A stretch of DNA of 64,000 nt from Amoebophrya sp. A120 (lineage: Eukaryota; Protista; Dinoflagellata): the NCBI GenBank assembly GCA_905178155.1, contig CAJINV010000004.1, forward strand, positions 6,488,828 to 6,552,827. The letters are read 5' to 3'. Of the stretch, positions 22,777-36,191 are shown piece after piece; the first letter of the stretch is position 1, and each line of letters begins with the position of its first letter. The notes beneath the pieces were generated by a model. It was not told where the DNA came from and made no database searches. It worked only from the letters and a program-made list of their open reading frames with translations. The position numbers and the translations under genes were made by a program.

Positions 22777-25704
22777 ATGGCTTCCCCTTTCGTCGGCGGT
22801 GCGCAGCTTCCGCTGCCCAGCTCGACGCGCTTTGTACAACATCAAACGCGGCCTTCGTCCGTCAGTGGCCAAAGCGTCGCCGGCAGCAGTTGTTCTACTT
22901 GTACTGCCACGAGGGCCACACCGGCAATAAACTACTACCTCGAAGATCATGATCCTGTCGCCTACAGCTCCCAGGACAAGCGGCAACAGAGTGCGAACGC
23001 GTTGTTTCAGTACCGGCCGCCCGCGAGACAGCCGCCCAACCCGCTTCTCTCTCGGTCGATCCCCTCCGTGAGCGGCGCAGCGGAGGCCCAGAGCTTGCAG
23101 GACTGGAAGACCTCTTTGCGGCCACTGAGTCGGGCGAGGAACCTGGCACCCACGCACGAAGTTTCGCGGCTGCTGGTATTAAGAGGAAATATCTGCCCTC
23201 CCCATACTGGAATCGAGATTTGTGTAGCATGATTTGTGACCACAAATCATGTTGTCATGCTAGAAGGGAAGAGATGCGGATTGTAGTGCTGGCTGGCGTG
23301 GGAAAGCCGTGCGTCTGCAGCATGACAGGAAGCAACTGGAAACGGGAAACAGCATGACAAATCGCCTGCAATTAATGCCGCAGCTGCGTCTTTCGGCCTT
23401 CTAGCAATACAAGTCGACTTCGATGTACTGAAATACAGCTGCATCACAAATTTCGGGTGTCGATATGGGGAGGGGGGATTTTTCCTTTTGATAGCTGGTG
23501 AGTCATACTTCCATTTTTTCCACCACGTCGAGTCAAGTCTCGGCGATGGAGAGAGTATGGATTGCAAAAATGTCTGGGTCTGGAAGAATGCAGGAGTTTG
23601 TCATGCAGATTTTGCATGACCCATGAGGTCTGTGATGCATACCTTAGCATCAGAGATCATGCGAGGGCTTTCTGATGCTCATACTGCATGAGAAATGCCC
23701 TCTCCGCGTAGCACAAATTACACCTCTTTTGCTGTTCATGCAATACAGATTTTATGTAGAGTCCAAAGGTAGCATCACAAGTTGCATCCTTCCACACCCA
23801 GACATTTTTACATTTGATAGAGAGAGGATTTGTACAACTGTGGTCCAAGAACACCAAGCGAGGACAGGCATTTTCTCAAAAAGCACACAGGTCGCGACTG
23901 CAGTACTTGCGCGGGAAACCGCGACCGCAGATGCACGACCTCAGTCAACGTCTTCCCAGCTTGCTCGTCGAGAGGAAACAGGGCCGATCATGATCATGCC
24001 AGGTCACAGAGTCGTGCTCCAGACCCAAAGGAGGCGAGCGGCTGTAGTTCCGGCGCTTCCGATGAACCATTTGCAGGTCCTGATTACAACGCGACGGGCC
24101 GCAACGTAATGCTTTCTGAATTATGTGCCGAAGATCACAATAATTCCGCGCCACGTCGCAGTAGAAGTTACTCGCACTGGGAAGATGAAGGAGGGGGCAG
24201 TAGAGAGGAGTGGGAACAACATCAACTACGCGGACCACGACTGGATGATAGCAGCTCCTCCTCGTGGCAGGAGCTACCATATGATGAAGAAGGAGGGCAT
24301 CGTCCTCACGACCGTGTAGAGCGCAATCTCAACCGCCGGTCACCGCAAGGGCGTCATTCGTTTTCTAAGAAACGCAGCGCGGAGCGGTTCAGCCGTAGTA
24401 CGTTTGCTGAAGTTTATCAAGACAGCACCAGCGACGACGCAGCACCAATTGGAGGAGGAGAAGAGACCACGGAAGTGATAGAAGAGCGTTACATCCCGCA
24501 CCTGTCGCCGGCGCTGCGCAAAGTGTACTGTGCCGAGCCTCCGCAGTTCTTTGACCGGCTACGACAATATAACGATTTCACAGAAGGTGCGCGGCGGGAG
24601 CTGCGCCGACTCGTGCTGAACGAAGAGAATAAACCGATTTTACTTCCTGGTTGTGCTCAGAGGAGCGACGCGCAGTTTATTAGCTCCAGAAGTTCTGACC
24701 AAGATCTGTCTGAGGACGACGAAGAGCAAGATATCGATTTACTTACGCTCTCCCCCACCACGCGCGCTCCGTCGCAATCCGACGTGCTGACGCAGTGTGA
24801 CGAACAATCACCGGTGCGAGGAGGCTTTTCACAAAATAGAACTCCTTCCAGTTTTCTGCTTTCGGGGGAGCACCGACGACTGGCCGCGGAGAGCGCGGCT
24901 GCTGGGACGAGACTTCTGACGGAGGTTGAAGGAATTGACGACTTTTCATCTCCGTCCGGGCAACCAGCGGAAGATTTTGCGCACGTGGAATCGCTGCGAC
25001 AGTTCTTCGAGCGTTTCCGGCTGGAGTGCAAAGAGCGAGGACTTGCGAATTTTGGTGTCGATTTGGATTCCGCAGACGAGGCGGCGGGGAGCAAAAGCGG
25101 GGAGCGCGGCGATTTTGCGGGCGACGGCGCGCAGGAACTTTTGCCTACGCTCACAGAAGTGGTGGAAGACATCATTGAAGAGCAAGATGCGTTACAGGAG
25201 GATCTTGCCGGGAAATTCGGCATAGCACCAGCTTCCCTTGACATCAGAAAACCGGGAGCTAGACGCAGCAGCGGACGAACGACCGCAGCTGCGGGCGGCT
25301 ACAGCTGCGACACACACGCTTTCACAGTGGAGAAGCTGAAACGGAAGGCGTTGCACATACAGCGGGAATTGGAGGCGCAGCGCGAGCGCGACCGGGGCAT
25401 ACGGCTGCCGAAGAACGCGGACGGCCTGTTCGGCGTCGCGCCGGCGTACCGGAAAAAGCCGTTCAACAAAACCGCGGGTGTTTGCAAGTTGCACGGCGTG
25501 CAGGCCTGTTCGGAATGCATCGCGGAGTACAACACCGAGAAGCGCGTGCACAAGTGGTGCGAGGCTTGTTGGCATCTTGATCAAGCACGGGCGGAATTTT
25601 GTTGTGCGTACCCGGAACGACCGGTGCCTGCCTTTTTGCAGTCGTACCGCGAGCGGCATTACGTGGAAGGATGTGTTGAAAGGAGGAGGAGAAGGGGACA
25701 CTGA
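22777..25704 (+). CDS. Hypothetical protein with C-terminal Cys/His cluster (possible Zn-binding)
   Basis: Exons ~22777-23176, 23499-23555, 23825-25704; C-terminus CKLHGVQACSEC...HKWCEACWH...CC; start codon uncertain. Confidence 0.72.
23177..23493. mobile_element. Introner family D
   Basis: TSD gctgg. Confidence 0.9.
23556..23819. mobile_element. Introner family K
   Basis: TSD gagag. Confidence 0.9.
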
Positions 25705-28210
25705 AGCGATTAGACCTACTACTTACTGCCTTGACACGAGGTGCGGCCGTGATTGCCGTTTCGACATGCTACTGCATTGAACATTGCGAAGACTAGCAAG
25801 TGCGCGGCCACTGCGTATACGGCAGTCTAGCGTGAGGGGCCTCTCAGTCGGATTTTTCACTACACGTTTGCGAAAGAGTATTCAGACTTAAGCTGTCCGT
25901 TCTATTCGGGCAGGTGCGCGTCACTATGTTGACCAGGGTGTTCGCAATATTTAATCTTGCTTGTTGACCAGGAGGGCGCTACACTGCACTCGAGAAAGGA
26001 ATGCAGCTTCTGAGCGTGCGGCGCCTAACAAACGCCACCGACTGCCGGCGCGGTGCTCTGGATCCCAGTGGAGCACAGGGGCGGCGCCTGCCTGCCCTTC
26101 GCGGTTGGATCCGGCCGGCCTGGCCTACGCGCATGCGCACTCCGTTGGATCAAGAGGCCAGCAACGTCTCCGAGCTCGAGCGGGGCGGCCAGCTTTGGCA
26201 ACTGCTACGACGCGGCGCCGCGAATCGCAGTCCGGACCAGGTTGAAGCACGTCGCGCGCTGCCCGCGCCGCATAGGCAGCGCGGCCGGCGCGCCTCTTCG
26301 GCCGGCGCCACGCTGACCAAGCCCAGGCGTCCGCCCTCGGGGCCGGCGTGCTGTCTCTTGCGGCGGCTTTGGTTGCCAGAGTAACCCGCGCGGGCGGCTT
26401 GACCGTCGGGAACGCCTCCGGGCTGTGTATCAATGGTGGCCGGCGGGGACGGGGATGCGTCGGTCTTCGCGGGACAGGGCCCGCGCGCCGCGCCGTGAAC
26501 TTCGTGCCCAGGCCACCGAGGGCCAACTGCGCCGCTCGGCTTCCCCTACATGCCGCCGCGTGCAGTAGGCGCGACCCTTTACGCGGACACCGTAAGAGAC
26601 CGAACTTCGGGCGGTGGCGCCGTGGACGGCTCTCAACTTCTTTCATGCGGGTGTTGGTGGCTCCAGCGGGGCTGTTTTGCGGAGTTACCAAAAGCGAAGT
26701 CCGCGAGAGCGCCAGGCGCAGCCTCTGGAGTTTTTGGCACATCGATGCAGCCCGGCAAGAGTTGCGGCGCCTATTGCGCGTTGGGGTGCCTTTGCTTCGA
26801 AAAAAAGGCGCCAGCGATAGGCGAGGCGAACGGGCCCCCGAACGAGGGAAGGCGCGGGGGCCCCTGCGGGTCTTCAATGCGACAGTGGTGAAATTGATGA
26901 AATGACGAGCCTGATCCCCTTCATGGTCTGGCTCGGGCACTTCGGGACCAATCACGGGGCCCATCCGTGAACGGGGCGTGATTTATCTCGGTCGCCTTTC
27001 TGCCTACGACGCCCTCTTCGACAGTCGCCAAAAAGGACAGCGCTACGACTGCACTAGTGCCGACTGCGAGGGCCGCGAGCGAAGTCATCCGGGGCGACAA
27101 CTTTCGCAAGACGTGCCCGGCCCGCATTTCGCTCCCCCAGATGTCCGGGGATGTCTCTCGAGGGGGTCTGGCGAAGGCGGTCCGCCGTCGCGGTCCAGGT
27201 TCGCGCGGCGCGCGAAGCTGGGCCACCCTGTGCCGGGCGCCTGCCCGGGGTGGGCTGCCGCGGCACGGCGGCACCCAAGGCCCGCGCAAGCCCTGGCCAG
27301 GCGGCGGGCGCGCGGGGCGCCGACAGGAACATTGCGGCGCGCTGCGCCTTGGCTTTTGTCGCCGCCGCACGGCCCGGCGCCTTATGGGCGCAGGGCACTC
27401 GCGCCGGGCCTTGCAGGAAGCTAGCGGAACGCATGCGGGAAAAAATTTTCGCCGTGTGCGTGGTGGTAGAGGAGTCGCGGCGGAAAGGCGCGCAGCCGCC
27501 AAGCACGGCAGAGAGAAAAAGCGGAGGCGTACTTCCTGAAGGCGATCACGAGCATCCACCTGCAGGGGGGCGACGCCGCGAGGCCGTAGTCGCACGCGCC
27601 CCAGCTGCTTCAAACGCGGGACGCGTGCAGGTGTTCAGAAGTGCCTCACCAATGGCAACGGCACGGACGGGGGCGCCAGGGCTAGCCCGGCTGCGCGCCC
27701 GGGGCCGGGCGGCGCCATGGCGTCGGGCCAACGCGCGCGCGGCTCGCGGGATGTGGCGCCGCGAGCCGGGTCCGGGCGTCGCGGCGTGTGGAAGCCCCTT
27801 GCCGCCGCCGGCGCTCGTGCGAGCGGGGCGGCCGCCGCGACAGCGCGGCGCCAGCTTCTCTTATCGTGCGTGGCCGCCCCGGCCGGTCCTCCTCCGTCGC
27901 AAGGTGCGCGCGCGCACATTATTCGAGGTTGGCTCGCTCTTGGACTTTGTTCGCGGAGTTTGGCTCTGCGTAAAGCACACCAGCGGCCTGTGCTGCAGCG
28001 AATCCGGAGCCAGCGTGTTCGGTCGGCTTTGTTCTTTTGTGTATTGGAACTCGTCCATGCAGGCGCTGTCGTCTGTTGGCTATTGGCTCTTGTCCTCCGT
28101 AATTTTTTTTTCGCGCTTCTCTTCACGATACTACAGACGCCGACTGTAGCAAGCGGCGCCTGGTGCTTACATTTCTCTTGCCATTCAAATTGCACAGCAG
28201 CCTCAAGAGC

Positions 28211-31200
28211 ATGTCCCCTCGCCATCGACGTACAAAGCAGCGTCACAAGCGGCGTCCAGTGGCACGTCCCTGCGCCACGAAGTCGACCCTGGAACGCCGC
28301 ACCGCTACCGTGGTTCGCCACTCTCTCTACTGCTGCAACCGCATTCCTCACCTCGCCAAAGCTTCCTTACTTGCCGCCACTCTTGCTGCCGACAGTCTTC
28401 TCCCCGCCCTCGCCGAGTGGAGTTTCGCGGGCTCCGACCCGGAGTGGCGCCCGACTTTTCCGGACTGGGATTGCAACGAAAATGAGTACTGGAACGGGTT
28501 CTACGGGGAGCTGAACAACAATGGGCTGCTGATCCGGAACGCGGACGAACTGTACCAGAACCCAAAACTCGAGTTTGACCCGGGAATCATGGACACTTCC
28601 ATGCAACACCTGAAAGAGGTCCTGGACATGTTCTGGCCGCTGTTCGTCAAGGCGACGAGCAGTAGTACGGATAGTACAGCCCCCCTCGATGAAAATTCTG
28701 TGGCGGACGAACAAACAGGAGGCGGCGCTGTGGATCAGTCCCTCTTCCGACTCGAATCCTGTCCGCTGGGTGTGCTGTCCTACCAGCTTTTCCGCATACT
28801 GCACCTAGTGATCACGGAGAAGGGGAAGAAAGTGAATTTAATATCGGGTAAGAAAACTTCTACTCCTTCGACGACGATGAAAATGGAACCAGACCAAGAC
28901 CAGGAAAGCATCGCCTTTTCTGCCGATGGCGAAGCTGAAATAAATCCTGACTTCGACCCTAGTCCTCCTTCCAGCAAAAGCGCCCCTGCGTCTACTACGC
29001 TGCAAGAAAGCCAGAAAGTAGAAACAGACAGGACCCCTCTCTCCTCCAACTCCGCCGTCTTTCGGGACAAGTGCCGCCGCATTCTCGAGGCCATCGTAGA
29101 GGCGACCAACACGTTTTTTATGCAGGACGGCGAAGACACCAGTGATCAGTTCACCCGAACAGACTTTGCCGCCGCCCGCCGGTGGGCGGACCAGGTCTAC
29201 TACCTGTTTCAGTCCGAAATTCTTTCCCAGCAAGCGCTGCGGGCCAGCGCAGCCGAATTCGACCGTTTGACCGCGAAAATTCTGCGGCAGAATCGACTGC
29301 TGGAGCAGGGAAGTAGTGATGGAACAAGTGGATCAGGAAAGGGCGAGCAGCAGGCCGAAACGACTGACGAGGAGGTATACTCCACGCGACTGCACACAGC
29401 ACACGAGGAGGTGACCTGGCCAACGGTTGCGTACCACACGAAGGTTGAGCATTTGCGGGCAGATTTGCACCTGTCGGTGCACGAAATCCTTTTCGTTTTC
29501 CTCCGCTCCTTGAAGGAATTATTCGGCACCGAGTACCTGAAAGTGGAGCTGCTACTCGGCACCCGATGGCCGGTGTTGGAGCTGCTTGGGGCGCTGGAAC
29601 GGATTCCGAAAATTATGGGCGAACGAGAGGGTGAGGAGGCAGTTACTGCAAAAGGACCTGCTCAGGAGGGCTTCGCAGTTATGTCCTCGAGTAGTGATAA
29701 AGATCTCCAAGTACAACTAGCAGCCTCTCCTCCCCCTTGCCCAGTCGACTACGTCTTAAATTGGCCAAAACTCCGAGAGTCCTTATCCGAGCTCTCGCCT
29801 TTGCTCTACCCGGAAGTCTTGACGCGGAGCGAGCGGGGCGGGCTCGGCAGCTGGGCTTTCGCGAAGCAGCTGGAAGAGAAAGATTTTCCGACTTTACCGG
29901 AAAACTCTAAGCGTCACCTGGTGCAGAACTTGCTGCGCTTTTACGAGGATTCGTTCGGAGGAACCTTCGGAGGGGAAGCAGAAGAACAAGACCCTGGTCA
30001 ACAACATGACTCAGAACTACCTGATCATCATCGTTTTCTGCCTCCGGAAGTGCAGTTTTTCTTCCTGACCGACGCGCTTTGCGACGTTCCGGTGCTGCTT
30101 CCCAAAATGATCCTGTCCGCCATGCAGGTGGCCCCGACTTCAGAACCTTCGGACGCCGTCGCCAACAGGGTGGGCATCCAGTGGCTTGCCGAGATGAGGG
30201 AGGCGTTGTTCCTTTTCGGTGATATAGTACCGGAAGGAGGTGGTGGTCCAAATGCGACCACGTCCGCTACCTTTTCTTCTTGCCCAGCAGACCTAGCCCA
30301 GTTGATCGAGCGCGCGAAAGCGCTAGCTGCGGCGCGGGATGAACGAACGGAAGAGCACCCGGCCACTTCTTCCGCAGCGCAGCAGGAGGAATTCTCCCGA
30401 GCCTTGCAGTTCGAGATGTACCGCAAACACATCCTGGCGACCAAACTCACGGCGCCTGATGGTGAGAATCATCCTGAGGGAAATTATGTCGAGGGTGGAA
30501 ATGATAATGATGGACATGATCAGGTTATATCACCATCAAAAAAGGTTCATGTCATCCATGATAGCGCTATCTATTGCAATGAAAAATGCCCCCACCCCAT
30601 ATCAAAACGCAAATCTGTATTTGTGATGCAGATTTGTGGTCACAAATCAGCTTTATCATGCTACAAGGGAAAAGATGCGGACCGTAGTACTGGGTTGCGT
30701 GGGAAAGCTTTGCATCTTCAGCATGAGAGGAGGCACCTGGAAGTGAAAAACAGCATGACAAATCGCCTGCAAACGAGGCCAAAACTGCGGCCCTTGGCCT
30801 TCTAGCAACACAAGTCAATTTGTGTACTCAAATCCAGCATCACAGATTTCCTTTTCGATATGGGGAGGGGGGATTTTATCTTTTGATACTATCAGTTTTC
30901 TGTTCACGGACTTCTTCGGCCGCGGCTGGGAGATGGCAGAGCTGATCTGCCTCCACGGGACACTTATCCTGTGCAAAAGTATCGTACTCGTATAAATGCA
31001 TTACAAATTCCCCCAGCATGAGAAATAAAATCTGTCATGCGGATTTACCATAAGAAAAAAATTTTGTAATGCATGAATGCAATTACTACGAGTACGATAA
31101 TTTTTCACAGGATATTACTCCTGCTCGATGTCTACAAGTACCAGGTGTGCGCCCGGCAGGCGTCGCAGTGTCTGGAACACTACCAGAAGCACTTGGAGCT

Positions 31201-34200
31201 GGCGCTGTTCGAGAATTTTCAGTGGGAGCAGCATTTGAGGGGGAATCCCTTCCCGGTCTTCACCTTTTTGGACCGGTTGCGGCCGGCGCTGATTCGCCAC
31301 GATTTCAAGGATGTGGATTTCAGTTGGAAGGAGCTGGACCCCAGAGGGGTGCAACTACTCAGTGAGGATCTTCCGACTGCTGATGTTGCATCTACTTCGC
31401 AGGAGCTCGCGTTGTCCGAGCCGCTTTCTCAGCTGCTCGCAGCCTGGAAAAACAAGCAGACCAGCGAGGTAAGAGGAGCTACAACTAAAGCCGGAACTTC
31501 TACAACAACTGCAGGTTCATCGAAAAAAGCCGTTGTCTATGCGACCATGGTCTTCGGAAGTTTCTTCAATCAATGGATCTCCGCCTTCGTGTACATGTCA
31601 GCCTACGCGAAGATGCAAACCCTCGTGTTGCTGTGCTTGGATGAAGAAGCGCACAAAAAATGCGTCACAACCGGTAGCGACGTGAAAAAAGAGCACAACT
31701 TTGACCTGCTCTGCCTCCAGGGACGGAAAAAAACCATTCTGCACAAATTCACGCTCCCGCTGATTCTCTTGAATTGGCTACCTGCAGGGATAGACGTTTT
31801 TTGGCTGGACTTTGACGTGTTCGTGATGCAGAACCCGCTGAAAAGTTTGGAAAACCGGGTAGAACAGCTGGAAGTAGATGATACAAATGATCAAGACAAG
31901 AAACCGGTCGAGCTCCTGGTGTCCGCCAGTTTCGGGGACGACTGCATCTGCACGGGCCTCGTGTTTATCAAATGCAAAAATGTCTGGGTCTGGAAAGTTG
32001 TGATGCAAGAAAGGGAGTAGTGAACTCACTCTAATGCGCTGCCAAGCATGGCAAGTTTTTTCCATGGTTCTGAGTTGCGTACTCTGCATGAGAAACTGCG
32101 TCTTTGCATGACAGGGAGGAGGAGCTCTTCGCGGCCATGCAACACAGAGTTCAGAGTCATGCCAGACAAGCATGACAAATCTCGCAATCTCCCAGACCCA
32201 GACATTTTTGCATTTGATAGTGTTCTTCCGCAACACAAAGACCGTGAAGAACTGGCTGTGGTTTCTATTAGGTTACTATCAAATGCAAATATGTTTGGGT
32301 CGGGAAGGTTGGAAGGCTTGTCATGCAGGTCTTCCAAGACGCGTGAGGTCTGTCATGCATGGCCCAGCATGACAGATTTTGTCCGACCCCTATCATGCCC
32401 CGTCTGTATGAGAAACTCCCTCTCAGCTGTGGTCGAAAGTGAGCAGCTTTTGGCAATCATGCAACACAGATTTTTGCACTATCCAGAATTAGCATGACAA
32501 GTTGCAATCTTCCAGACCTCCCAGACATATTTGCAATGCATAGTGACCTCTACGAGCACGTTCACTTGCACGACCAGCAGTTCTTCAGCATGTTCCTCTC
32601 CCCGAGGGAAGTATGCAAGAAAAAAACTGTGTAAGCGTAAATCTGTGATGCAGAAAATGCAAAACAGTTACACTTGTCATGCTCGACATGCATGATCGGC
32701 TCGCTCCCTATGTGTTTTCCTTTCCTATCTGCGCATAACAAGTTTTTCCTGTCATGGCAGACAAACTTGTGATGCTGTTTTCCCAAAAGACTTTACACTA
32801 ACACAGTTTTTTTCTCGGATAGGAAGACGTGGAGAAGCTGGTGGGCTTCGAAAAAGCGTCCGCGGACAAGCTGCTCGTGAAATACCTTTTACCTAGGCTA
32901 GAAGTTCTATGAAAGTGCAGAACTCCCCCTCCCCCTCATTTGCATAGCATGACCGGCAATACAAGCATCATCAAAAGTGCCGGTTTTGCATGACAAATTT
33001 GCACTGGAGTGTAGTGCTACTTGGGCTACCAGAACTTGTCATGCAAACAGTGCCAAGAGGCAAAGGGTGGATTGGGAATTTTGCATGACAAATGAGGGGG
33101 AGGGGGAGTTGTGCACTCTCATAAGTTCCGAAGTGGGGCATCTTGGATCCGGTTACGGAGTTCGCCACCGCAGCGGAACTGGAGTCGACCGGGTGGAGCG
33201 GGGAGTTGAAAAACGTCGTCATGTTTCACTTCCTGCAGGGCGACATACGCATTACAAATATGTCTGGGTCTGGTTAAGAAGGTAAGCTTGTGATGCGCAC
33301 TTCAGATCACGCGAAAATCTCTCATGCATGGACACTAGCAAAAGTTGCCCACTTCTTCTCACCAAAACACGCGATCTATCATGCGGATTAGGCATTGAGA
33401 AACCCCCTACTTCTCAAAATTTGTGATGCTGAGCCCCGTGATGTTCCAGGCCGTTTTGGCCATGCAAAACCTGCATGACAAACTTCTGCACTCTTCTTGA
33501 ATGAGACATATTTGCCATGCATACCACAGCGAAATCAACGAGAGCCACGGGGAACGGGAGTACGTGGCGAAAGCGAGGTATCCCACGAAAAAAGTTTTTC
33601 AGTTACACATTTGTTGTCAATTCAGCAACACAAATTTCTCTGCATGAAAGGGAAGACTTGCAATGCAGAAATACTACGGGAAAATACCTATGAAACGAGG
33701 CTACTATGCATATCCGGAATGACAGAGCTTGTGTGTCTTGCTTGGCCTGCAACACAATGTTATAACTGTAACACTTTTTTCTTGCGATACGAGGCTGGAG
33801 GAGAAGAAAAAGTCGCCCATGGAAGAATTCTTCGGGCCGGGGAGTTTCGATCCTGTGTCCAAAACGTTCAATTGGACACGGTATGCAATGCAAATATTTC
33901 TGGGCGGTCTGGACGAAAGGTGCAAACTTGTGATGCTCTTTTTCTCTTACACAAAAATCTGTCATGCACGAGAGACTGAGGATTTCAATTTCTCATGCTG
34001 TCTAGGCATTCTTTCTATCTGTACAAAGCCGCGGTCACATCATTATAACCTGTGATGCTAGAGGACCTAGACAACTGTACAGTCCTGACCTTCTGAGGCA
34101 TGGAAAAAAACCTGCATCGCAAACTCTTCGCTTTTCCAGACCCAGACTTGTTCGCAATTCATATGAGAGTCGAGGAGCTGATTTTGAAGTCACGCCGGGA

Positions 34201-34760
34201 GAAGCGGCCCGAAACGCTTATAACCCACTCAGGTGTGACAATCTCAAGCGTTACAATAGAATTTGAGATTTGTCGTGCATGATGAGCATGACAGACTCGC
34301 AGCGCGTTCCACTGTCTGCAATGCAAATTTCGCCAGATTGTAGTGGGGTTTGGAGCTCCGGAACTTGTCATGCGCAATCCTATGAGAATTTGCTAGATCA
34401 TGCACTCTTGCATCACAGATTTCCATATTCTATTGAGACGTTGGTTTGAGATTGTAACAGCTGAGCGCGTCATAATGCTGCTCCACTGCGGGTCTCTGCC
34501 CGAGGACTCCTTGGAAGGCGCGGCTGGTGGGGTTATGCAAGAAAAAAACTGTGTGAGTGTAACTCTGTATTGCAGAAAATGCAAAACTGTTACACTTGTC
34601 ATGCTGGACATGCAGCAGAGGCAATTTTCGTGCGTGTTTTCACGTACTAGCTACGCATGACAGGTTTTCTGTGTCATGCAGAGCAAACTTGTGATGCTAT
34701 TCCTCCAAGAGATTTACACTTACACAGTTTTTTTCGTGGATAGGTGTGGAGGTCGTGTGA
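28211..34760 (+). CDS. Nucleotide-diphospho-sugar transferase (GT77/Nucleotid_trans-like) with long N-terminal region
   Basis: Frame restored by removing 11 introners; motifs LVLLCLDEEAHKKC, LHKFTLPL, VFWLDFDVFVMQNP (DxD), CTGLVFFRNT, HDQQFF, VVMFHF; hydrophobic segment near N-terminus; stop TGA 34758-34760. Confidence 0.82.
30572..30888. mobile_element. Introner, chimeric C-type left end and D-type body/right end
   Basis: Left tattgcaatgaaaaatgcccccacccc, right ggggagggggg..attttatcttttgata; TSD ctatc. Confidence 0.86.
30965..31114. mobile_element. Introner family B (reverse orientation to 11056)
   Basis: TIR tatcctgtg/cacaggata; TSD acact/ttact. Confidence 0.86.
31966..32219. mobile_element. 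Introner family K
   Basis: TSD gtgtt; sits inside the GLVFFRN motif. Confidence 0.92.
32277..32542. mobile_element. Introner family K
   Basis: TSD gttac/gtgac. Confidence 0.88.
32612..32821. mobile_element. Introner family L (reverse orientation to 13885)
   Basis: TSD ggaag. Confidence 0.9.
32908..33123. mobile_element. Introner family G (reverse orientation to 21587)
   Basis: TSD agttc. Confidence 0.9.
33246..33523. mobile_element. Introner family K (diverged)
   Basis: TSD cgaca/ccaca. Confidence 0.84.
33579..33789. mobile_element. Introner family N (L/M-related termini)
   Basis: TIR tatcccacgaaaaaagtttttcagtta/taactgtaacactttttcttgcgata; TSD cgagg. Confidence 0.87.
33882..34163. mobile_element. 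Introner family K (old; TSD eroded)
   Basis: K-type TIRs; flanks cacgg/tgaga no longer match, but removing element + 5 nt keeps the frame. Confidence 0.78.
34219..34474. mobile_element. Introner family I
   Basis: TIR tataacccactcaggtgtgacaatctcaa/ttgagattgtaacagctgagcgcgtcata; TSD acgct/atgct. Confidence 0.85.
34534..34742. mobile_element. Introner family L
   Basis: TSD ggggt/ggtgt. Confidence 0.88.
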
Positions 34761-36191
34761 GCAGTAGCTGTTGTATGTACACGTTGGAGAAGTAAGTAGA
34801 ACAAGGCGTGTGCTATAATGCTTCTCTGTTTATTTACTCCTGTTTAATACTTCCAAAACCTTTCGGGGACCACGTAAAGCGCGTGTAGCGTGACCTGCGT
34901 CCTGGCGGACCTACAATCTATCACAAATGTACTTTGGGGCTTCAACTTTCTAGTTCTTAAATGCACGAACGGCGACCGGTACTAATAGATACTGGAATTG
35001 CTATTTCTTCAAATGAACCACAGAGCGGCACCATGTGAAGAAAATTTTGAATGGAAAAGCAATTTGCACTCGGTCTTTTGTTTCTCGCGAAGATGTTAGT
35101 GTTACTTCATTGCAAATATGCAGCCTGGAGTTCGCAAAAAATTATAGCATGGAAATGCAGCATTATTTCGGATCTTCGGAAGATAAATTTGGATCGGTTT
35201 TTCGAATTTCGTTATTCACGGTACTAGTAGAGATCACCAAAATCATGATCGAGTTTTGTTTGCTCCTTTGTCTTTGAGTTGTAAAAAATAATCGTCGCAC
35301 TGGTGAAAACCGCCTGGCAGCAAACGATTGGAGTTATTCTCCCACCTGGTAAGCATTCTCCACAAAAACCGCACTGAGTCGTTTTTTGATGTGAAAAATA
35401 CGCAACTCTTGTCTACTTCGTATTGACCCCGCGCTTGTTTCGCTTGTTCTACCCTGATGTGATATTATTCAGCGTTAAACTACATCCCTGCGTTTTCATA
35501 TGTATCATTCTTGATTATACTCGAACCACCCATTATAAAAAACCCTGATCGACGACGGTTGTGACAACTCTATTTCCTGTTTCTCAAAAGCATGGTGCTC
35601 TTCAGCGACCAAAATTTTCCGGACGTGACGAGAAGAAAACGAAACCTCCCTCTCATGCCCGCGCTAAAGAACAAACCTGAAGAAGAAGCTACTTCGCCTC
35701 GTCCGAGAAAAGATCAAGACTTGTCAGCAGCAGCAGCGGAGGAAGCCGATCGTTTTTTTCTTGCAGGAGCCGTCGAAGCTGAAAAATATACGCACAACAA
35801 GGGTTCTCTGGATAATTTTACCGCGATGACTCACGACCGGTGTTGTTGGATCCAAAGGACCAGTAGACCAACATCGTCAGCCAGTATTTTTACAGCCGGA
35901 GCAGAAGTTGTGATTTGCTGATGAAAATAGCGGATATTGGAATTACACCACACGACACGACCTCAAGGCGACGCCCAGATTCTTGGAGCAGCTTTTGACC
36001 AGTATACCGAGGACAACCTCGAAAGCAGCGACGACTAAGTACAACCCAACGCGCAATTGTGTAAGATAATACTTTACTACCCTGTGGTATTTCCAGCGTG
36101 CTGCCTGTTCTCCAGTCAGAAGTGTATCAGCCAAGGACGGAAAAAGCGCCGTCAACAAGGAGTTTTTCCATACACGATTTTTTCCAGAACA

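Noticed and set aside
35592-35921. 109-aa ORF upstream of MAF1
   Set aside because: No recognisable domain and no supported splice link to MAF1, whose conserved N-terminus starts at 36192
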